Shown piece after piece: positions 1 through 11,668 of a stretch of DNA of 23,663 nucleotides. Under the pieces are notes generated by a model, which was not told the DNA's origin, did no database searches, and worked only from the letters and a program-made list of their open reading frames with translations. Location of the stretch: positions 1 through 23,663 of the forward strand of contig NW_021836603.1 in assembly GCF_006345805.1 (NCBI RefSeq). The letters run 5' to 3'. The position numbers and the translations under genes are program-made. The number at the start of each line of letters is the position of its first letter. Position 1 is the stretch's first letter. This stretch comes from Octopus sinensis. Lineage: Eukaryota.

Positions 1-198
1 TAATAAAGAAATAGTTATTTCGTCTACCGTTATGTTCTGAGTTCAAACTCCACCGAAGTCGACTTTGCCTTTCATCCTTTGGGGGTCGATAAATTAAGTA
101 CCAGTTACGCACTGGGGTCGATGTAATCGACTTAATCCGTTTGTCTGACCTTGTTTGTCTTCTCTGTGTTTAGCCCCTTGTGGGAAATAAAGAAATAG
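1..198 (+). mobile_element. Meta-domain SINE, head-less tandem unit (window starts at the tail of the previous unit)
   Basis: Contains B-box-like GAGTTCAAACTCC and GTCGACTTTGCCTTTCATCCTTTGGGGGTCGATAAATTAAGTACCAG, resembling the MetaSINE central domain as recalled. Near-identical to the reverse complement of 22045-22462. Confidence 0.8.
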
Positions 199-199
199 G

Positions 200-1468
200 A
201 GTGTCCGTATTAAGATAGACGTCTCCCTGTCCTTCACTTGCCTATTGAGCCTCTTTGAGACTTTTGACTTGCATCTCATAAGGATTTTTCTGTCCCTGGG
301 AATCTTGTTTATCGGTATGCTGGCCTTTCTTTCTGGGGTAAATTTAGTGCATAAAGCTTGCACTGTTGACATAAACTGGCTGAGTTTCAAGTCAATGTCT
401 TACATACACAGAATGTTGGATGAGTTTCGTTTGTGGATCTCTTTACAGATGATTCCCATTTTGCTTTATTGAAATTCAGGTTGGATAAGGCTTGAATCCT
501 CCTGATAGAGTAGATACCAGCAGTTCACTTAGGACCATACACAGTTAGTTCAACAACGTTGTAACCTGAGAGTGCTGTTAGTATCATCTTCACATTATGG
601 ATAAGGTCCACATTATTTGTGAGGTAGAGGTTCAATATATTGTTTCCCCTGGTTGGCCTGAGTATAACTTGCCACATGAACAGCATATTAGAAAGTTTAT
701 ATAATGACTCTACATGTTTTCGTTCATGCTGTGACATCCCAGAAAGGATGTGGCCTTCGTGCCATTTAACATGGAGGAGGTTGAAGTAACCCAGGAAGAG
801 TATACTCTCTTTTACTCTTTTACTTGTTTCAGTCATTTGACTGCGGCCATGCTGGAGCACCGCTATTAGTCGAGCAAATCGACCCCAGGACTTATTCTTT
901 GTAAGCCTAGTACTTATTCTATCGGTCTCTTTTGCCGAACCGCTAAGTTACGGGACATGAACACACCAGTATCGGTTGTCAAGCGATGTTGGGAGGACAA
1001 ACACAGACACACAAACACACACACACATATATATACATATACACGACAGGCTTCTTTCAGTTTCCGTCTACCAAATCCACTCACAAGGCTTTGGTCCACC
1101 CGAGGCTATAGTAGAAGACACTTGCCCAAAGTGCCACGCAGTGGGACTGAACCCGGAACCATGTGGTTGGTAAGCAAGCTACTTACCACACAGCCACTCC
1201 TTTGATGATCTAGGTTTGTTAATATTCTTCGATGTGTTTGAGGCTATCCTCAAATTTGCCATCATATTTTGTGGTAGTCGGCGGACGATATATTGTGAAT
1301 ACAGCTACACCAACTTGCCTTATATGTGTTAATAAGGTGTCGAAAACTGAGTTTGAATGTGGCAGTAATACAAGAGGTATGGCATCTTCATGGATATACA
1401 TAGTAACTCAGCCGTGGCTTCTTCCCTTGTATGTGTACTTCTGCATCTGTTACATTAATTGTTAGACG
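200..1468 (-). mobile_element. Decayed CR1/L2(Jockey)-type LINE ORF2 endonuclease and linker, split by a SINE at 806-1200
   Basis: Minus-strand translation gives APE-endonuclease motifs in order: RSHG*VTMYI, IYRPP (1219-1401), ILFLGYFN (GDFN-like), PTRGNNILNLYLTN, LSGYNVV (SDHN-like), then LNFNKAKW and KIPRDRKILMR. Stops and frameshifts are present. Confidence 0.8.
806..1200 (-). mobile_element. tRNA-derived SINE with internal (CA)/(TA) microsatellite and (GTAAAAGA)n tail
   Basis: Reverse complement aligns over its whole length with 13200-13624. A/B-box-like head (GTGGCTGTGTGG ... GGGTTCAGTCCC). It interrupts the LINE endonuclease between HQ(K) and SILFLG. Confidence 0.85.
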
Positions 1469-1475
1469 CGTTTCA

Positions 1476-1479
1476 GATG

Positions 1480-1515
<36 letters not shown>

Positions 1516-1574
1516 TACATGTATGTATGTATGTATACATGTATGTATGTATGTATACATGTATATATATATGT

Positions 1575-1635
<61 letters not shown>

Positions 1636-1872
1636 GTGTGTGTGTTATATATATATGTGTGTGTGGTGTATATATATGTGTGTGTGTGTGTATATATATA
1701 TATGTGTGTGTGTTATATATATATGTGTGTGGTATATATATATATGTATGTATGTATATATATATATGTATATATATACTTATATATATGTATATATATA
1801 TATACTTATATATATGTATATATATACATACATATATATATATAATATTATATATATTATATATATATATAT
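1476..1872. repeat. Compound (TATG)n/(TA)n/(TG)n microsatellite
   Basis: Directly visible; it accounts for the spurious Y/I/M/C/V-rich ORFs at 1431-2004. Confidence 0.95.
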
Positions 1873-2580
1873 TCCCTCGTTTTGAACGGTCTGCCGTTCT
1901 GGTAATTTTCCTTCTATCATTATTTGATTGTTCGTTCTGTATATTTTTTCCTTAACTATATATATATGTATATGATATATAACTTGGTATTTAAGAAGAG
2001 ACAATATTTAGATAATCACCCTATAGATATGATTACAACAACATAATAAATACATCAAGACAATGAACATGTCAATATATTATTTAGAATAAAAATAAGA
2101 AATACATGAAGTAATAATATACGTGAAAAGTGTAAATAAATAAAGAATGAGACATCGATTAAAGATCATATTAAATTTAAAATTAGAAATGTTGAATTAA
2201 GAATTAAAAGTTGTAAGATCGACGGCGGTGAAAAATCATAAAAATGGATTTAAAAGCCAAAGAAATAATGATAAATTTGTTATAAGAGTTCTAAAAGAAT
2301 GCTTATAGAGGGTTATAGCACCATATAAGATGTATTTTGACCGCCGTTTCTGGAGTTCATTTGTCTACAAGGTATGAATCCTTTAGTTCACACTGACAGT
2401 GTCTCCTTCGTCAAGAAATAAGGAAATAGACAGCATGGTTCGAAGAAATATAAGAGAAAAGAAAATCTAAGGTTACATTATGTTGGTCGTCGGCTACTGT
2501 ATTAGATATCGACGAAATCTGATCAACTTTTAAGTCTTAATTCAACATTTTAAATCTTAAATCTATAGTAGTCTGTGATC

Positions 2581-2971
2581 TGTAGCTAAAATAGTTGAAT
2601 GATCTTATCTTGCAAGAAGTTTTATAGAGTAATCTCCCTTTAATAAGTTTCTCAAAATACCTACGTCATGAGAAGTAATTCTTAATTATTCAAGAAGTTT
2701 CGCGTTTCTCTTGGAGTTTTCTAGAATCTCTAGCGTTCCATTAATAAAAACAGCTTGCTTGCATTGCTCTTGCTTCTTAGTCGATAGACTCTGAACTTCC
2801 TTGCATAGATTACTTCATTCAACTAGATTCTACATTTTGATTATATCTCATCAACAACCAATGAATAAAATATATTTTTATGTAGTAAATTTATTCTTCT
2901 TCTCTGTAAGAATTCTTCTAATAATATACATGCAGCCATTTCAATACTTGATACTGAACATTTATTCTACA
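2581..2971 (+). mobile_element. Putative 5' LTR of the Gypsy remnant
   Basis: TGTAG (2581) ... CTACA (2971) inverted termini, AATAAA at 2743 and 2864, followed by PBS-like motifs and gag. No second LTR is in the window, so the boundaries are unverified. Confidence 0.35.
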
Positions 2972-3102
2972 CTGCATAAATTGGCGACCAATTATTCTCC
3001 AAGGTAGAATTCAGGATCCACGTCGGTTGGTCACCACATAAATTGGTAACCAGCTAATGAGAGAATAATTTAGTTATATTTAGTTATATTCTAATACTTT
3101 CC

Positions 3103-3834
3103 ATGTCACAATTTTCTTCAACTGAATTATCTTCAACTCATACGACGATGATATCTGCTATGAATCATCCAGTAATACCAATTTTTACAGGAGATATTGC
3201 TGTCTGATTTGCTCAATTAGAAGCATTTTCCCCGGCGAACCAACACAATTCAGACCAACAGTAGCTCTACATTTTACTTAGCTCTATACTACCATCATTA
3301 ACTGGAGAATTGCGAGATATTATTACAGCTCCACCGGCAGATGTAACGTATTCATCAATCAAAAATGAAATTTTACGACGAACTTCGCTCTCTTCCGAAA
3401 AGAAGTGTCGAAAACTTCTCAACGAGCATTTAGGAGACAGAACACCATCGCAAATGCTCAGAAAAATGCGGCAGCTCGCAGAGGACAACCCTGCTGAAAG
3501 TAAGTTGCTTAAAAAACTCTTTTTCTCCAGATTACCACAGTCTGTTCGAGGTATGCTTCCCCACTTGACTGACGTTTGCACAGTCGACCGATAAAATTTT
3601 GGAGTATACAAAATCTACTCCAGAACAGAACAACTCTCTTTTGTCAGTTGCAACAGTTTCTTCTGAATTCAAGTATTTCGTCAACCTGCGCAGAGGACTA
3701 TAAATAAGCTAGTCACAGAAATCCGTCTCTTGCATATCAATAGTTCTTCACCTCGTCGCTATCGTCGTTCTAATTCCCGTTCTCCCAGCAGATCAAAACC
3801 TTTTCGCTGGCATCATTATAAGTTTGGTTCTGCC
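3103..3834 (+). pseudogene. Ty3/Gypsy (Mag-like, DUF7041-type) gag pseudogene, 3'-truncated
   Basis: ATG at 3103, in-frame stops at 3205 (W position in WFAQLEA) and 3262, then LRDIITAPP, YSSIKNEILRR, LGDRTPSQMLRKMRQL and LFFSRLPQSV. After frameshifts come DKILE, an RSPSR basic patch and RWHHYKFGSA (start of a CWYH..FG zinc knuckle), cut off by (CTAT)n. Confidence 0.85.
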
Positions 3835-3835
3835 T

Positions 3836-3867
3836 ATCTATCTGTCTGTCTGCCTATTTATCTATCA

Positions 3868-3939
<72 letters not shown>

Positions 3940-3940
3940 C
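3836..3940. repeat. (CTAT)n microsatellite
   Basis: Directly visible. Confidence 0.95.
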
Positions 3941-4060
3941 TGTGTTTCCTTCGTTAATAGAAGTAGAATGAAATAGAAACCGCTCAAGATAGTATTCGGT
4001 ACTTGTTACATAAAGTGAATGTAGGAGTTAATATTGATTTATCGCACTTGATATGACCAG

Positions 4061-4294
4061 CTTGAGCAAAGCACTTTATATCACATTGCTGCACCCAACT
4101 CAGCTGTATTGCAGCCTGGTCACATTCTACCTGTATTTCTACCTGTATTTCAACCTTGTCACATTCTATGCCGTTCAGAATCTCCCCGAGGACTACGTTT
4201 CTATAGTGTGATAAGCTATTTGCACGTTAATTGCACGAGCAGGCTGTTCCGTTGATCGGATCAGCTGCAACCCATGTCGCCGTCACCGACGGAG
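4061..4294 (+). mobile_element. Old SINE remnant: CORE-like domain joined to the 3' body of the 14340/19302 family
   Basis: 4061-4109 matches 6193-6240 (CTTGAGCAA.CACTTTAT..CAC.TTGCT ... ACTCAGCTGTA). 4128-4294 matches 14541-14675 (TACCTGTATTTCAA ... CACGAGCAGGCTGTTCCGTTGATCG ... CCGACGGAG). Confidence 0.65.
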
Positions 4295-4429
4295 AGCCTA
4301 TCGCTCGAAACCTTCGCAGTGTGAATGGCAGTATAAATATATGTTTGCGTGTGTATGTGCTTGTATTTGTGTGTGAGTGTGAGTTTGTGTGCTTCTATAT
4401 GTATAAATATGTGTGTGTGCGTATACATA

Positions 4430-4446
4430 TATTTATAATTTGTATA

Positions 4447-4499
<53 letters not shown>

Positions 4500-4679
4500 T
4501 CTATATATATTTACTATGTATGTATATACTATAGATATTATATCTATATATATATATATGCATCTATATATTTACGTATGTAGTATATATATATATATAT
4601 ATATATATATGCATCTATATATATTTACGTGGTATGTATATATATATATATATAATGCATCTATATATATTTACGTATG

Positions 4680-4717
<38 letters not shown>

Positions 4718-5002
4718 TCTATATATATTTACGTATGTATGTATATATATATATATATATATATAATATATGCATCTATATATATTTACGTATGTATGTA
4801 TATATATATATATATTATATATATATTATGCATCATATATATTTACGTATGTATGTATATATATATATATGCATCTATATATATTTACGTATGTATGTAT
4901 ATATATATAATATATATATATATGCATCTATATATATTTCGTATGTATGTATATATATATATATATTATATATATATATGCATCTATATATATTTACGTA
5001 TG

Positions 5003-5036
<34 letters not shown>

Positions 5037-5195
5037 TGCATATATATATGTATGTATTTATATTTCATATGTATAAGTATATATTTATAAATATAGATTT
5101 GCACACATACAATACACGCAAATACTACACACACACATGCACGCACACACACACACACACGCACACACTCACACACACACACTCACACACATACA
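4430..5195. repeat. AT-rich minisatellite (~10 units GCATCTATATATATTTACGTATGTATG(TA)n) plus (CA)n
   Basis: GCATC(T)ATATA anchors at 4497, 4560, 4611, 4657, 4715, 4772, 4830, 4871, 4924 and 4980. Confidence 0.9.
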
Positions 5196-5308
5196 ATGTC
5201 ACTAGTTTCTTCCTAATGTGATTAAATACGTGTATATATTCACCAGCTTCTCAATGAGAAAATCTGCAAAAAGGACATATAATAGTACGGCGGTTCTGTT
5301 TATTATAG

Positions 5309-5443
5309 GCAGCAAATGATGGTAAAAGATTCTTTCAATTGACTCTCTTTAGAGATAAGTTCATTGGTGCAGAAAGATGTTATGACTTCAACAAGCATAG
5401 AATTATCGAAATTCTTAATACGCCATGGATAAATAGATGTGTA
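5309..5443 (+). CDS. Candidate internal coding exon (phase 0-0), AANDGKRFFQLTLFRDKFIGAERCYDFNKHRIIEILNTPWINRCV; product unknown
   Basis: Acceptor TTCTGTTTATTATAG, donor GTA|GTGAGT, length 135 nt, only one + frame open. The antisense frame is also open, so support is weak. Confidence 0.3.
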
Positions 5444-5606
5444 GTGAGTGAACACTTCAGAAAGCCATTTCTCCAGAATTCGAAGTAATTTAAAGTAAAA
5501 ATGAAACCCGTTGACAAAGAGCTAAAGGTCTAACCAACCTACTTATTTTCCTACACGTCCTATTACTTTCCAAGTTCTCCTTCACCACTCTCTCTCTCTC
5601 CCTCTC

Positions 5607-5653
<47 letters not shown>

Positions 5654-6015
5654 TCTCATATTCCATCACTCTACACTTATACATACAAACATGTGTGTAT
5701 GTGTGTGTGTGTGTGTGTATAAATAAATTCGTTATATGCAACAGAAGCAGTATTAGATTAAATAGCAATCTATGTATCATACGCAATGCAGATACATCGT
5801 GAAAGGCAAATTAACAGCAGTACTTGTCCAAAGATAATATCCGTTATGAGCGCACTGTGTTTAAAAACACGAAACTATATCAGTAGCGGACGAAAATCGT
5901 TCATCAGCGGCGGAGGGGATACTGGATGTACATTTCCGTCTCGTTGAGTTTTGTGACTTACATGTGCCCACAATACAAATATATGTGCGTATGCATGTGT
6001 ACACCTCTATTACAC

Positions 6016-6046
<31 letters not shown>

Positions 6047-6066
6047 TGTATGTATGTATGTGTATA

Positions 6067-6122
<56 letters not shown>

Positions 6123-6125
<3 letters not shown>

Positions 6126-6437
6126 TGGTTAGAGCGTCGAGCTTATGATCGTGAGGTTGAGTTCGAATACCGGACCGGTGCGTGTTGTTGTTCTTGAGCA
6201 AGACACTTTATTCACGTTGCTCCAGTTAACTCAGCTGTAGAAATGAGTTGCGATGTCACAGGTGCCAGGCTGTATCGGCCTTTGCCTTTCCCTTGGATAA
6301 CATCGGTGGCGTGGAAATGGGAGGCCGGTATGCATGGGTGACTGCTGGTCTTCCATAAACAACCTTGCCCGGACCTGTGCCTGGGAGGGAAACTTTCTAA
6401 GTGCAATCTCATGGTCAGTCATGACCGAAGGGGGTCT
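6123..6437 (+). mobile_element. CORE-type tRNA-derived SINE embedded in (TA)n
   Basis: Head TGGTTAGAGCG ... GAGTTCGAATACC, then TTGAGCAAGACACTTTATTCACGTTGCTCCAGTTAACTCAGCTGTAGAAATGAG resembling the CORE consensus. Head and CORE are shared with 19801-20065. Confidence 0.8.
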
Positions 6438-6445
6438 CAGCATAT

Positions 6446-6517
<72 letters not shown>

Positions 6518-6767
6518 CACGTCACGTGACCGACCAGACCATCAGATGTTGTTACACATCGCTGGTCACAATGCGTTCGCATTGTTTTAGCCTTCGAATG
6601 ACGCCACTTTGAAACATGCAGCAACAATACGGTTGAGTAAAGTTTAGTGGCAGTCCTGGTTTGGACGAATGTTGCTGCTATTAAATCCCAGGAAAATATC
6701 TCCAGCTGGACGCACTAACTGCGTCCTTATATTTTCGAGCTAGTATCCCAAATCAGCTCAAAGCAAT

Positions 6768-6815
6768 TTCTGTGTACCAATGGTTTGGGAGTTATTTCTC
6801 TTCATCAGCACAGAA
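6768..6815 (-). ncRNA. Type I hammerhead ribozyme, probably inactivated (G12>C)
   Basis: Minus strand: TTCTGTG-CTGATGA-A.GAG.AAATAA.CTC.C-CAAA-CC.ATT.GG-TA-CACAGAA. Perfect 7-bp stem I, 3-bp stem III, GUA triplet; GAAA is read as CAAA. Confidence 0.55.
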
Positions 6816-6972
6816 TAATCAGTTGGCTAGAGGTGGCAGCACTAGTTCTCGTTCGAAATATATACTTTTCAAAATGACACACAGTCATTGATCTCTTTTC
6901 AAGACTGCAACTTTACGTTGGCAAATAAACCATACTACACACACACGCACACATGGACACACCACACTCTCC

Positions 6973-7051
<79 letters not shown>

Positions 7052-7355
7052 TGCACATTGACACATTTTATCAGTTATGCTTGATCAGTTATGCCAATCT
7101 AAATGGTAAACCGTGGTTTAATATATTCAGATAAGAAAAGAAATGGAGCAGCTTCTCCTTTTCCTTTTTCTCCTCTATATATTCCCCCGATAAACTCTAA
7201 ATCATTCTGGCGATGCTTGTTAAATGGAATGAGATAAATGCAAGTATACTTCAAAATAACAAACTGAAACAGCTGTAAATGCTTTTTAACTACAATTAAA
7301 CCTTTTAGTAGCAACGATCAACTTCTAATTGTTAATTGTTGCTCCAGTTCTGTTC

Positions 7356-7356
<1 letters not shown>

Positions 7357-7414
<58 letters not shown>

Positions 7415-7427
7415 CCTACCTACCTAC

Positions 7428-7469
<42 letters not shown>
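7357..7469. repeat. (CTAT)n microsatellite
   Basis: Directly visible. Confidence 0.95.
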
Positions 7470-7548
7470 GTTCTATCTGTGTGCAGCCCTGTGTGGCTAA
7501 TAAAGAAACATATCTATCTATCTATCTATCTATCTAACTATATATATA

Positions 7549-7745
7549 GTTAATCCAAACATGAAAACACAAAGAGAAAACACAACAACGCGAGGACGTG
7601 GAACAAGTATAGTGTTATTGGACGCGCAGGAAAGAGGATTTAACGTTTCGAGCGGAGCTCTTCGTCAGAAACATAGAAAAAGGAAAGGTCCAAGAAAGGG
7701 AAGACTGAGGAAAAAAATCGCCAACGATACATACGCGGTCACATT
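7549..7745 (-). mobile_element. Probable Penelope-like element terminal (pLTR) fragment
   Basis: Non-coding purine-skewed segment between microsatellites carrying a minimal hammerhead of the kind known from Penelope-like elements. The assignment is inferred from that motif only. Confidence 0.45.
7638..7672 (-). ncRNA. Minimal type I hammerhead ribozyme (Penelope type)
   Basis: Minus strand: GTTT-CTGACGA-A-GAGC.TCC.GCTC-GAAA-CG-T-T-AAAT. Intact core, 4-bp stem II, palindromic ACGT stem III, GUU triplet, 3-4-bp stem I. Confidence 0.6.
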
Positions 7746-7752
7746 TTGAATG

Positions 7753-7809
<57 letters not shown>

Positions 7810-8029
7810 TATATACACACATAGTAAGAGGAAGGATATAATATCCAGGCAGATAGAGAATTTCTATGAGTGAAATGCCAAGGATGGTTTCTTGAGATGG
7901 TGCTTTTTTTGGTAAACTTCCTTTAGTTCTCATCCAATGTTATTGTTTATTTCTTGGCTACGTAGAGTCTATGTATGCATGTATGCATATGTATATGTGT
8001 GTATATATTATTGACATTTTAATTATATT

Positions 8030-8130
<101 letters not shown>

Positions 8131-9054
8131 ATAGCTAATAGGCACATAAATACATACGCTATATATCAGACACTTACATCAGTAGATACTATGTTTTCTA
8201 TCTGTGTATGAGTGTGTAAGTACTTACTAATAACATCATTTTTTTGTCCTTCATCTTTCCTTTTTCACTCTGCTCTTTTTGTTTCTCTCTCTCTCTATCT
8301 ATCTCTGTCTCTGTCTTTCTCTCTCTCTCACATACTCTCTCTCTCTCTGGTTCTTTCCATCTCGCTTTTGCAAAAGCTTTTTTTTTTTTTCATCCATGTC
8401 ATACGCTATACTATTCGAAATTTATCATCTGCTCCAAATTTCTATACTGAAGACTAATTTTTAGGAAATTTTATTTCAATGAAATTGACCAAACAAAGCT
8501 TTCACTTTCAAGAGAAATATCGTTCAATTCTAAATGAAATATTTTTACTTGTTGCTACCGCCGTCGCTTCCGCCGCCACCGCTTCCGCTTCTTCTACTGA
8601 TAATGTTAGTGTTGCTGCAGCTACTGCTCCTGCTACTGTTGTTGCTGCTGCTGCTGCTGATGATGATGATGATGTTGATGATTTATATTAAATGAGTTAT
8701 AAATTTGAAAGTTATTCCAAGTTTTTCCGGTTGTTTTCTTTTTTCCTTTTCCTTTTTCTTTTTCCCTTTTTTTTGTTTTTGTTACTTATTATTCTTCCGA
8801 GATTAACGAACGAATATATTTCATTGTCAATAATGGTATAATTAATATTAATCAAAATTTTGTTTACTCCTTCACTTCAACTTCGTTGGAATTATTTCCG
8901 TCTATAGTAATAAGACGTAACAGAGACAGCCAACGTTTTCTATAGTCTGGATAACGGTTGTAGACAATGATAATTAATAGCTAATTTAATCTATTCATTT
9001 TGCTTGAAGATATCCTATACTCTCTACTTTACACAGATATTTTCATGGATATAA

Positions 9055-9097
<43 letters not shown>

Positions 9098-9119
9098 ACA
9101 CACACAACCACACGCACAC

Positions 9120-9150
<31 letters not shown>

Positions 9151-9411
9151 ATACATGCTACAAATTTAAGTATATATATATATATATGTATATGCAGTAC
9201 GTTTGTATATTTATAAATACATGCATATGTATAAATGCATATATACATGTATATGCATGTATATATAGATATACATGTACATATATATATATATATATAA
9301 TATATATATATATATATGTATGTATATATACATGCATATATATACATGTATATATACATATGCATATATATGTATACATGTATATGTGTATATATAGATA
9401 TACATACATAT

Positions 9412-9455
<44 letters not shown>

Positions 9456-9511
9456 CACACATAAAGTATATATGCATATCGATGCATACACTCACAGTTC
9501 TCTTGTGTGTG

Positions 9512-9545
<34 letters not shown>

Positions 9546-9930
9546 CGGATGTGAATGTATGGGTGGTATATGAATTAATAAACAAATATAAAGATGTATA
9601 TACATGTGCACACATATATATTTATAATGATATATATATATACATGCCTTTAAATATATATGTACAGGTACATACATGTGTGTGTGAGTGTGTGTGTGTG
9701 TGAGTGTGTGTGTGTGTGTGTGCGCGCGCGCGTGTGCATGTTTATATGTGCATATAATTGTTTGTTCACTTCTTCACATATCACAAACTTGCGAACCATG
9801 TATATGCGTGGTTGCAGGTGGTGTATATGTGTGCCTGTGTGCGTGTCTCTCTCTGTGTTTTTGTGTGTGTGTGTGCGTGAGCATGTCTCAGTGTCCGTGT
9901 GTGTGTGTATGTGTGTGTGTGTATGTGTGT
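9055..9930. repeat. Long compound (CA)/(TA)/(TG) microsatellite field
   Basis: Directly visible; source of the ORFs at 9000-9954. Confidence 0.9.
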
Positions 9931-10471
9931 GGTGTGTCTTTGTTTTCTAGGTAATATTTTCCCGTTGACTTTTTTTTTAGTTATTTAATGAAAACAAGCT
10001 ATACAAAGTTATGTGAATTCCATATATAAATTCGGTGCTCTGATACCAAACAGCAACAACAACAACAACAACAACAACAAAACCCCCATTTGCACTGTGT
10101 TTTATGGCAAATGACGACTACAAGCTGAAAACAAAATAATTAGCAGTTAATTAAGATGTTTGCAAATTTTTAGATCAGTTTAAAAGCATCGAGTGCATGC
10201 TAGATTATTCTTAGTTATTTCGGATAGGGAAAATGAGGTGTTGCGTATGTAATAGATATATAAATGTGTTGCTCACACAGTTACCAAATACAAATTAACA
10301 GCGTCTTTGAGACTATAGAATTTGTGAGAAGAAATATATGCCATAGCGTTTAAGAAATTTCAGATGAGAAATATAAGCCGACTGGAGAAGCATGAAAATT
10401 CGTAATAAATGTATCCTCTTTATAATGAGGCTGCGTTACGGTACGAGAATTTCAAAAATATATATCATACA

Positions 10472-10506
10472 CTAGCTGGCCCCGTGCCATAAAAAATGAC
10501 GGCTAA
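10472..10506 (-). mobile_element. Possible Helitron 3' terminus
   Basis: ACTAG at 10471-10475 followed by a CCGT ... ACGG hairpin, the same layout as 12238-12266. The 5' end was not located. Confidence 0.3.
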
Positions 10507-10795
10507 TTGTAGTGTTTTATATATGAATAAGGATAGGAGATAGAAAATGGATGGTAATCAATAATATTAATACGCTAACTTTTTGTTTTGGACGTACCTG
10601 TTGTGTGCGTCACACTTACTTCAAAGAAGTGGCAAAAGGAGAGAGAGTAGGAGAGAGAGTAAGTAAGAGAGAGAGAGAGTGAGACAGACAGACAGAGAGA
10701 GAGTGAGTGAGTGAGACAGTGAGTGGTGACAGCGTTCATTTTGTGTTTTTTAATGTTTCGGAGAGGAAGTAAGCGAGAAAGAGAGAGAGAGAGAG

Positions 10796-10835
<40 letters not shown>

Positions 10836-11104
10836 TGTGTGTGTGTGTGTGTGTATGAAGGAGACAGTGAGTGATGACACCGTTCGTTTTGTGTTTTTAA
10901 ATGTTTATCACATCGCAAGAGAAGTAGATATATATACATATACACATTTTAATTCAAAAGCAGAGGAGAAGAGGGACACAAAGGAAGTGAGAGAGAAAAT
11001 GAGAGAGACATCAGATACATAAATTCAAAGAAAAGTTCATACAGAAATACATACACACAACAAATATTGGATGTCAATTTCACTTTTCATTACCACACGA
11101 TGAT

Positions 11105-11228
11105 AAAATTAACCCACAAATGGCTGAGTACTCCATAGTCATGCATAACATTAATGTAGTACTCAGGGAGATTCAGCCTCACACAGAATATGACAAGGCT
11201 GGCCCCTTTGAACTACAGCTACAACTCG
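11105..11228 (-). mobile_element. Decayed 3' fragment of the 19302-type SINE
   Basis: Reverse complement aligns with ~19505-19620 (TTCAAAGGGGCC.GCCTTGTCA ... CTGAAT ... GGAGT.CTCAGCCA). Confidence 0.6.
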
Positions 11229-11520
11229 AGACATATATATGGATGTATTTGTGTGTGTGTATAGTTTAGGTTATCTAAAACATGTTAGCAATAATAAGTG
11301 TCGTGTAGTGGAAATAAACGCAATTAGCAAACTTTCATTTATAAATCCATTTATTATTTCATTCTTTTGCATTTCAATTTTTACATTAAGGTTCTTTGAA
11401 TATGTACGATGTGTTTTAAGGTTAAATAATAATTCTGTTTACGTTTGTGTAACTGAGATTATATAGTCGTTGGCGTTACATTGCTTTCTATATTCTGTAA
11501 CTGTCACAATATACTTTTCT

Positions 11521-11668
11521 AGGCCTGAATGTTTTTGTGGGGAGGAGGCCAGTTGATTAGATCGACCCCAGTACACAACTGATACTTAATTTATCGACTC
11601 CGAGAGGACGAAAGGCAAAGTCGATCTCGGCAGAATTTGATCTCAGAACGTAAAGACAGACGGTAATA
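11521..11668 (-). mobile_element. Meta-domain SINE remnant with an alternative 3' tail
   Basis: 11551-11668 matches 22108-22225. The tail (GGGGAGGAGGCC on +) differs from the tail at 1-198 and 22045. Confidence 0.7.

Noticed and set aside
1431-2004. Long ORFs rich in Y, I, M, C and V (also 4231-5221, 9000-9954, 20682-21148, 22651-23019)
   Set aside because: They are translations of TA/TG/CA microsatellites, which lack stop codons.
5303-5521. 72-codon open frame antisense to the candidate exon
   Set aside because: Same codon register as the + frame, no start or donor, and no recognisable family; it lowers confidence in both readings.
5871-5910. Minus-strand CTGATGA followed by a 4-bp hairpin
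   Set aside because: No GAAA after the hairpin. CTGANGA words at 13805 and 23395 also lack the rest of the fold.
7131-7240. Possible exon after TATTCAG (DKKRNGAASPFPFSPLYIPP...)
   Set aside because: No good donor and no homology recognised.
8447-8470. CTGAAGA-CTAA.TTT.TTAG-GAAA hammerhead-like core
   Set aside because: No stem I or credible stem III, and the closing pair is C-G instead of R-Y; likely chance in AT-rich DNA.
8479-8691. ORF with poly-Ala and poly-Asp tracts
   Set aside because: A mixed GCT/GAT trinucleotide repeat with no splice or homology support.
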